A DNA stretch of 58,529 nucleotides, counting the filler, from Sphacelaria rigidula (taxonomy: Eukaryota): the NCBI GenBank assembly GCA_964200075.2. It is 9 parts of 9 records of this genome, joined end to end, with 100 filler letters (N's around TTAATTAATTAA, not from the genome) between each part and the next. Parts side by side here need not be neighbours in the genome. Positions count along the whole stretch, not along the records: positions 52,116 to 58,529 come from CAXNAA020020216.1; 8 more parts are not named here. The stretch is one strand, 5' to 3'. The stretch's first letter is position 1; each line of letters starts with the position of its first letter. Both the position numbers and the translations under genes were made by a program. A model generated the notes under the pieces. It was given only the letters and a program-made list of their open reading frames with translations, made no database searches and was not told where the DNA came from. Shown in pieces: positions 52,307-58,529 of the stretch.

Positions 52307-53217
52307 CCGTAAGTTGCTCTGTGACTGCACAGGGCGTGAATTTCGCACAGGGGTCGTGAGAACGCACCCCTGTGCGATCGAAAACACGGTATGAAACTAT
52401 GTAATTGGTTTTTCGCACCGGGGTGTGATCTCAAGGATGAAATGCGTCTCAGCCACCTTCCGGGCGTGAGGACGCGTGCGCGCGGATGGATATTTGGGGC
52501 GGACAGCCTGAGTTGCCACGATTTTTCTCTTTATTCTCCGCTGGTCGCCATGGAGCTTGTCTGGACTACGCACTGCGAATTGGCAGTGCAGACACAAAAA
52601 ACGTGCGAAGTCGTTTTCTTTTTCAATTTATTTTACTCCAGTTTTCATCGTGCACCCTGGATGAAACCACCAAACGAAGCCGAACCTTTCACCAAACGCC
52701 AACACTGACGGAAAGAACGAAGCTCGAAAGCAAACGCGTACTGGCACCGAACGATATTTTTTTCAATCAACCTCGTCTCTCTCTTCGACATTTCGTGTAA
52801 AAGGTATACCGGTACCACGACAGCAATCGTAGGCTCGTGCAGTGTGCTTGATGTTGTCGTGCTGTAGCTGTGTGCCCGTGTGTACTTGCTATGTTTCAGG
52901 CATCTTCAGACCGTGTTCCTAGCAGTACTGTTGCAGATTGTTACTTTACACCGGCGAAGATATACTCAGTATCGCACATGGCGGGGTTATCGCACAGGGT
53001 GTGCGTTCAAAGACCCTGGTGTCATCGAAATTATTCACTCAATATCGCACATGTCGTTGAGATGGCACAGGGGTGTGCGATGGAAAAGCAGTGCCGAATG
53101 ATTTAATTCGATTTTCGCACAGGGGTCGTAAGAACGCACCCCTTTGAGAACAAAAATCAACTTCGAAAACATTTAAAAATCGATCGCACCCCTGTGCGAT
53201 CACAGAGCAACTTACGG
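52307..53217. mobile_element. 911-bp Tc1/mariner(pogo)-type MITE
   Basis: TIRs CCGTAAGTTGCTCTGTGA..GCACAGGG and CCCTGTGC..TCACAGAGCAACTTACGG are each flanked by TA. Subterminal repeats TTTCGCACAGGGGTCGT(G/A)AGAACGCACCCCT are present and there is no transposase. Confidence 0.9.
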
Positions 53218-55915
53218 TATGCACAGTACTTTATTTTAAATTGTATACCTGTACTGACCGTAGAAAGCTCTTGTCCGGGGTGTATTGTAATACATTTCCA
53301 CATATATTAGGCGGTGAGATCGTTTAATACTCCAGAGCACAGGGCCGAAGTGGAAGTGAGGCAATCACCGAAATATTCACGTGCAAAGCGTGTGCGGAGA
53401 AAATCTAAGTTGATAAGGCTAGAAGAATACCAGTACAACGCCCACTCTGGCTGTCAACCTGTTTGTACGGCCGTCCTGGTATTGGTGGGACTGTCTGCAC
53501 CGGGATGTTTCCCCCGGTGCCAGGTACGCCGGCACGGGCCCGTCGCGCAACCCACTGGTCTCGCGACAGAAGCTTAACCTTCAGCTGTCGACCGTTTTGG
53601 AGCGGAAACGTTCACCTCCCAACCCTCATATATACAGCGGACCATAGACGATGTTTCTTTGCTGGGTTTCTTCGAGCGTTCATCCATGACTGGGCGATAT
53701 TGATGGTGAGGCCAGCAGGATCCGTTGCAGTCAGCGTGCTCAACTGTCAACTGTACCCACCATGATCGTCATCAGACAACAGTGTGGTGAAGAACAAAGT
53801 CCGACGCGCCATGGATATCCGCACTTTTGATGCAGACCGGGCCATCAGCGACTTCCCCTGCTGCAGCGGTGACTGTGACGCCTTCCTCTGATGATAATCT
53901 ACACATTTTCCAAGTTTCCGCGTCATCTGACGCGAGGTGCGGATTCTCTCCACGGCTAAGCTGCCAAGATACCGCCACCATATTATGGAGAAGAAATAAT
54001 ACTGTAGTTCATAAAAAAAAAGGAGATGACTCTGCACGTACTAAAAGGGCGGTCTCCACATCACTCCATTGATGCGCCTCGAGTCTACCTTTGAAGGTTC
54101 GTGGCGGGCATTCGGGAGTATAATTTGTATGTGTTCCTGAGATACTTTTGAAGTGGCCTGTAGTCGAACGCGGAATGATATCCTCTGTACTAGGCGTTGA
54201 AACACACTAAAACAAATGATTTTTTCGACTTTCCCCACTCATGAACAGGCTGGGCCAGCCCAGAAGAAGCGGATTTGTAGTTTCAGGGTGAATTCGCAAT
54301 TTTGACTAGGAGTCGGACAGTGGGTTTTGGTATAGACAATCAACAGGGCATGAAGAAAAGCTGTATGTGGGATCCCGATTTTTCTTTATTTCTATTCCAT
54401 GAGTTTAGGGCATTTTGCGGAGGTCTCAAAACTGATCATTGCCCTCAACTCATCATGAAAAAATACGAAAAACCTTCGGGACCCCACAGACGGCTTTTCG
54501 TCGTGCCCTGTTGATTGTCCATTCCAAATTCCATTGTCCAACTCTTAACCCGTGGACCCCGAGGGCAGTCCATCTGGATTATGCATCCTTTTTTTCAAGT
54601 GAATTTGCTGCCCATTTAACAGATGAACTACTCTCGCTGTCCAAGGGTTGAGTAAAAAATTGCGAATTCGCCTTTTAAAAACCGGGCAGGCGCTAATTCG
54701 GAACAGTATTTTGCAGGCCGTTTCTCGGCCCACGGATGATTTTTGTGTATTGAAACGTTGTGCAGGAGCTCGCTAGGTCATAATGAACCAAGGAAAATGG
54801 ATCAGATTGGTCTTGATTTATGTTTTTTCGCTGGTTTAGGGCATTTAGTATCGTAACGACCATTTGTTTTACGAGAACACCCGAACCTCTGCCCCCCATG
54901 AAATGATGAAGGTGTATATATTTTTTTATTCAGCATACCTCTGTCGTTCTCCATGCTAAGTTTCAAATCAAAATCTCAAAAATTGAGCTTCAAAATTCAG
55001 AGAAGGTCCGAGAGCAATGATCGTTTCTCCTCAAAACTCCCCTAAAAACACGAAAAAAATGAAAAAAAAACGAAAAGAGGAGTAAAAAGCTGTGTTACTC
55101 AAGTTTCATAATGCACTAGCGTTTCTTCATACCAATCTTCACAGCACAACTCTCAAAAGCTGAGACGCGATATCCAGATTTAGAGCATCCAGTGCCTCTG
55201 CTCGTAATGTACTGATTTTAATATGGAAACTTATGTGCGCCAAATCTCGAGATAGATTACGAATTACGTGAAGTTGGGGGGTATCTATCGTCTCCCCGTG
55301 CTTCAGGGAAGGTCCACACCAAAAATTGCAATCATCCGCTGAATGTATCGTTTGGGGTCTCATATAGATTTTAGTGTGGACGCTATTGCCGTACGGTATA
55401 GGAATTACTAGACATGGGGTTTATTTAACGACAAAATATTGGCCCAGATTTTTGAGCAGATGGGCACCTACCTTCCCCTTGATCAGACGATTAATACGAC
55501 ATGCAGATCATGGGCCAACTCGTCTATGTCGATGAGATATTGCTTTTAGAGCTTAAATCCGTTTTTAGGCTGGTCCAGCTCGCAAAACGAAATGGAAAAA
55601 AATGTTTCGTGCAAGTTTCGTTTCGTGATTTGGCTTCAGCTGAACGATCTGCCCAGATTACCACAGGCACCGTAGGTAAGGTACCGTACCGAGCGTACCC
55701 CCGGTATTTACCGGAGTATCCTATACCGTGGTATGCGAAGGTATCGTAGGTATGAGTTTTGAGAATACCGGATTGGGCCGGTACGGTAGGTATCGATATT
55801 TCGAAATATCCTGGCATCGTAGGTATCGTAGGTACGTATTTTGAAAATACCGGAATGGGCGGGTACGGTAGGTACTGAACTCTCGAAATACCCTGGTATA
55901 GTAGGTGCCGTAGGT

Positions 55916-57738
55916 ATTATTATTATTATGATGATTTCCGCACATGAGTCCGATCCGCAAATATGTTGAAGAGCTCGGGGGAAAGTACACAACCTTGGCG
56001 GAGGCCCTGGTTTACGTGAAACCACTCAGATGTCTCGCCGCTATCCAGGCAAACGCATACCCGCGTACCGTCATGGAATTGGCGGATTATGGAAATTATC
56101 TTGGCGGGTATACCGTAGCGTGTTAGAACATTCCAGAGAAGAGAGCGGTCCACTGAGTCGTACGCTATTTGGAGATCGATTAAGCACATGTACAGAGGAA
56201 GATTCTTCTCTTGGGCTAGTTCTTGGAGTCTGCGTACAACGAACGTCATGTCGACTGTCGAACGGCCAGGTCGGAAACCGCATTGCGCTTCTGGGAGAGA
56301 TCACTTCCACTCGCAGTAGGCGCTGAGGCGAGTCGCAACTATCTTGAGCACCACCTTGCCCGCGTGGGACCCGAGAAAAATCCCAGCATCCTTCACCCGC
56401 CCAAACTCTTTGTCCGTCACCTTCAGCGCCTTCTTCAGGACAATGTCTTGGGGTTTGCTCGTTGTTTTTTCCATACACTTTCCCTGAGATCCCATGCCTT
56501 TTGGAGGCAATCCTGAGCTTGAGATGACTCACTAAAACCGCCAGATGGGGTTTTCTTGGGGCATCGAGGGAGTGTATCCGCGGCCGTCTGTCGCAGGCCG
56601 TTAGCGAAGGTGGATGCCATGTCGTTGACGTCCATTACTGTGGGGGAATCAGTGGCATTCGGGAGCTTATCGACAATGGCCTGTGAAACAGTAGCTCCCC
56701 AGCTTCGGTCGGATGCGAGGGCTTTGCGGTCGAAACGCACTCCCCTATCCCCGCCTCTCGGTTGCGGTTAGTGGTCGGGGGCGTTCCGTCTAAGGAGACG
56801 GATGGCGACAGAGATCAGACGACGGTCCGATTTCATCTCGGTGTGCACCGTGACATTTCCGACGAGTCTTCGGTCTTGCTGACATACGAGGATGTAGTCC
56901 AGGCGCCAGTGGTGTTCGACCTTCGGCCCCGCATATGTGTACGCGGTCGAGCTTTCCCCGCGAGTTGGTGTGCGAAAAAATGTGTTGGTGATGGCCATTT
57001 TCTTTTCCGCCGCGCATTTCAGGAGGCGTCTACCATTATCGTTCCGGGTGTCTCTGCCATACTCTCCCAATAACCGAGCGTCACCAATGCCTCCTACTCC
57101 CCTCTTTCCGGTACGAGCATTGGCATCCATCATTAGTACTAGGTGCTCGTTGGTGGGCACTTCAGTGATGGAACTGCAGAGAATTTTCCAGAACGTGGTC
57201 TTATCCGAACCTTGTGCTGTCTCAGTGGGAGCATACCCTACAATGAAGGTTGTGGCAACTCTATGCCAGAAAGCTACTCGTACCTTCAGGATCCTGGCAC
57301 TCACGTGTTCGGGAGTGATGGCGTCTGGATCCAGTGTGCTGGTATAGACTGCCTGATGGGAAGGCCGACTCCGAGCATTCCCGGTTTTCCCCGTCCATGG
57401 TAGTAGCCGCTGCAGTGAACTATGTAGCGTGCTGCCGGTACGTGGAAGCGTGTTCGTCCGTCGCGACGGGCTTCTTGGAGGGCGACGAAATCACAGCTGT
57501 ACTTGGGCGCAAAAAGCGTCAGGTCCTCTGCGTGGCCTGTGCCGTTGCAACCTCTCTCGGCCATGGTGCGTACATCCCACGTGATCACCACCCACTCTTT
57601 GGATCGAGCTTCCACCCTTGCGGCAGTACGATTGGCGTGAGCCTGAGCTTTGGCTGTTCGCCGAGCTGGTCTTTCCCTCCTCCTCTCCCTTCGTTTTCCT
57701 CTGCCTCTTCCTTTCTGGTGTCTGATCCAGCGTTTGTG
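55916..57738 (-). mobile_element. RTE-clade LINE, internally deleted, with (TAA)n tail
   Basis: APE motifs ITWDVRT, DFVALQEAR, VGYAPT, MDANARTG, NDNGRRLL, ITNTFF, RLDYIL, KSD and RT motifs GKVVLKI, EAQCGFRPGRSTVDM, IDLQIAYDSVDR, GLRQGCVLSPELFNIF, with stops and frameshifts. Confidence 0.92.
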
Positions 57739-57815
57739 TGGTATGACATTTCGAAATACCGTATTTGGCAAGTACAGTAGGCGAGGAAATTTCGAAATAC
57801 CGTGGTATCGTAGGT

Positions 57816-58227
57816 TTTGTTTTTGTTGTCCCCAGAGGACAGGAAGGAACCTTGAACCATGCACTTCGCTCTTTCTAGTTTCGTGCAGCGCTTCGAGTTG
57901 CTCCACCCGTCAGACATGCCCACCCGAGGGTAGACATGTCCGACGAATGGATGGATAGGCACCAAGGTGGGAGTGCCCCCCCCCCCACCCAGGTAGTGTC
58001 GGACTTGGGAAGTAATACAAAAATGTCCCTCACCGACCAAACCTTCTACAATGTCCCCTGGCTTGACTCTGTACACGAGTCACCCTGCCAATCCGGGCGT
58101 CGGTCCTCAAGAAACAGCACCAGGGCTTCCCACGTGGTCCCCAACCGAAGTACTAGCCTGGCCCGACGCCGCTTGACTTCACAGAGCGGACGGGATGTGG
58201 TACCATCGACGTGATATGGCCGTTCCT
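57816..58227 (-). mobile_element. 5S rRNA-derived SINE (SINE3), 412 bp, with 14-bp TSD
   Basis: A full-length 5S head is followed by a ~280-bp unrelated body and a CAACAAAAACAAA tail. The TSD is GTGGTATCGTAGGT (57802-57815) and GTGGTGTCGTAGGT (58228-58241). Confidence 0.85.
58109..58227 (-). pseudogene. 5S rRNA-derived sequence (SINE head; probably not a functional 5S gene)
   Basis: AGGAACGGCCATATCACGTCGATGGTACCACATCCCGTCCGCTCTGTGAAGTCAAGCGGCGTCGGGCCAGGCTAGTACTTCGGTTGGGGACCACGTGGGAAGCCCTGGTGCTGTTTCTT is 119 nt with eukaryotic 5S hallmarks (GGCCATA, ATCCCGTC, GAAGT.AAGC, AGTACT...GACC, GGGAA) and pairing ends. No oligo-T terminator follows it. Confidence 0.9.
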
Positions 58228-58529
58228 GTGGTGTCGTAGGTATCGTCGGTATGACACTTCAAAATACCGGATTGGGTCGGCATCGGTAGGGTATGGGATG
58301 TCCCAAACACCGGTACCGGGTACCCGCCTTACCCTCTATGTAAAATTCAAAATTGTCATCTGGCAACGTGATGCGTGTCAGATCTGGGTGCAAGTTGAGC
58401 AGTAGAAAGTCGCCCCCCACCCGAACTCAATGGTCAAACGACTAAGGCAAGCAACAAAAGAGTACGCCCACCACCGGCCCCCTCACCCGGGCCGCCGCAC
58501 ATCCCCCCGCACCCCCCCCGCCCACCCAC

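Larger units (their letters stand above)
55662..58410 (-). mobile_element. HINE-like element (same family as 45679-46330) split into 55662-55915, ~57739-57815 and 58228-58410 by two retroelement insertions
   Basis: Each of the three pieces is reverse-complement homologous to the copy on contig 8. Confidence 0.8.

Noticed and set aside
58109..58227. Functional 5S rRNA gene
   Set aside because: It is solitary, lacks an oligo-T terminator, and lies within a TSD-bounded insertion.

Overview
This window is nine unrelated contigs of 6414-6415 bp joined by artificial 100-bp spacers (N44-TTAATTAATTAA-N44), so nothing can be inferred across the junctions. The DNA is eukaryotic, intron-rich and repeat-rich, most likely nuclear DNA of a brown alga (Phaeophyceae). 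That assignment is inferred from the 5S rRNA-like sequence and from gene content. Four partial multi-exon genes can be spliced by eye with GT-AG introns and consistent phases: a PRMT9-like arginine methyltransferase, a GT23/FUT8-like alpha-1,6-fucosyltransferase, a peptidyl-Asp (M72/reprolysin-like) zinc metalloprotease fused to tandem WSC domains, and a VPS13B-like protein. A fifth gene is unidentified. The rest is mostly mobile DNA: degenerate APE-RT LINEs, an RTE LINE, a tRNA-derived SINE, MITEs, foldback hairpins and a Helentron/HINE-like element with internal tandem repeats. The two most notable observations are (1) an intact 5S rRNA-derived SINE (SINE3) with a 14-bp target-site duplication and (2) two related tail-less LINE families ending in ATGAGTAC that insert immediately 5' of poly(C) runs. 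Family assignments rest on motif recognition from memory; no searches were run.
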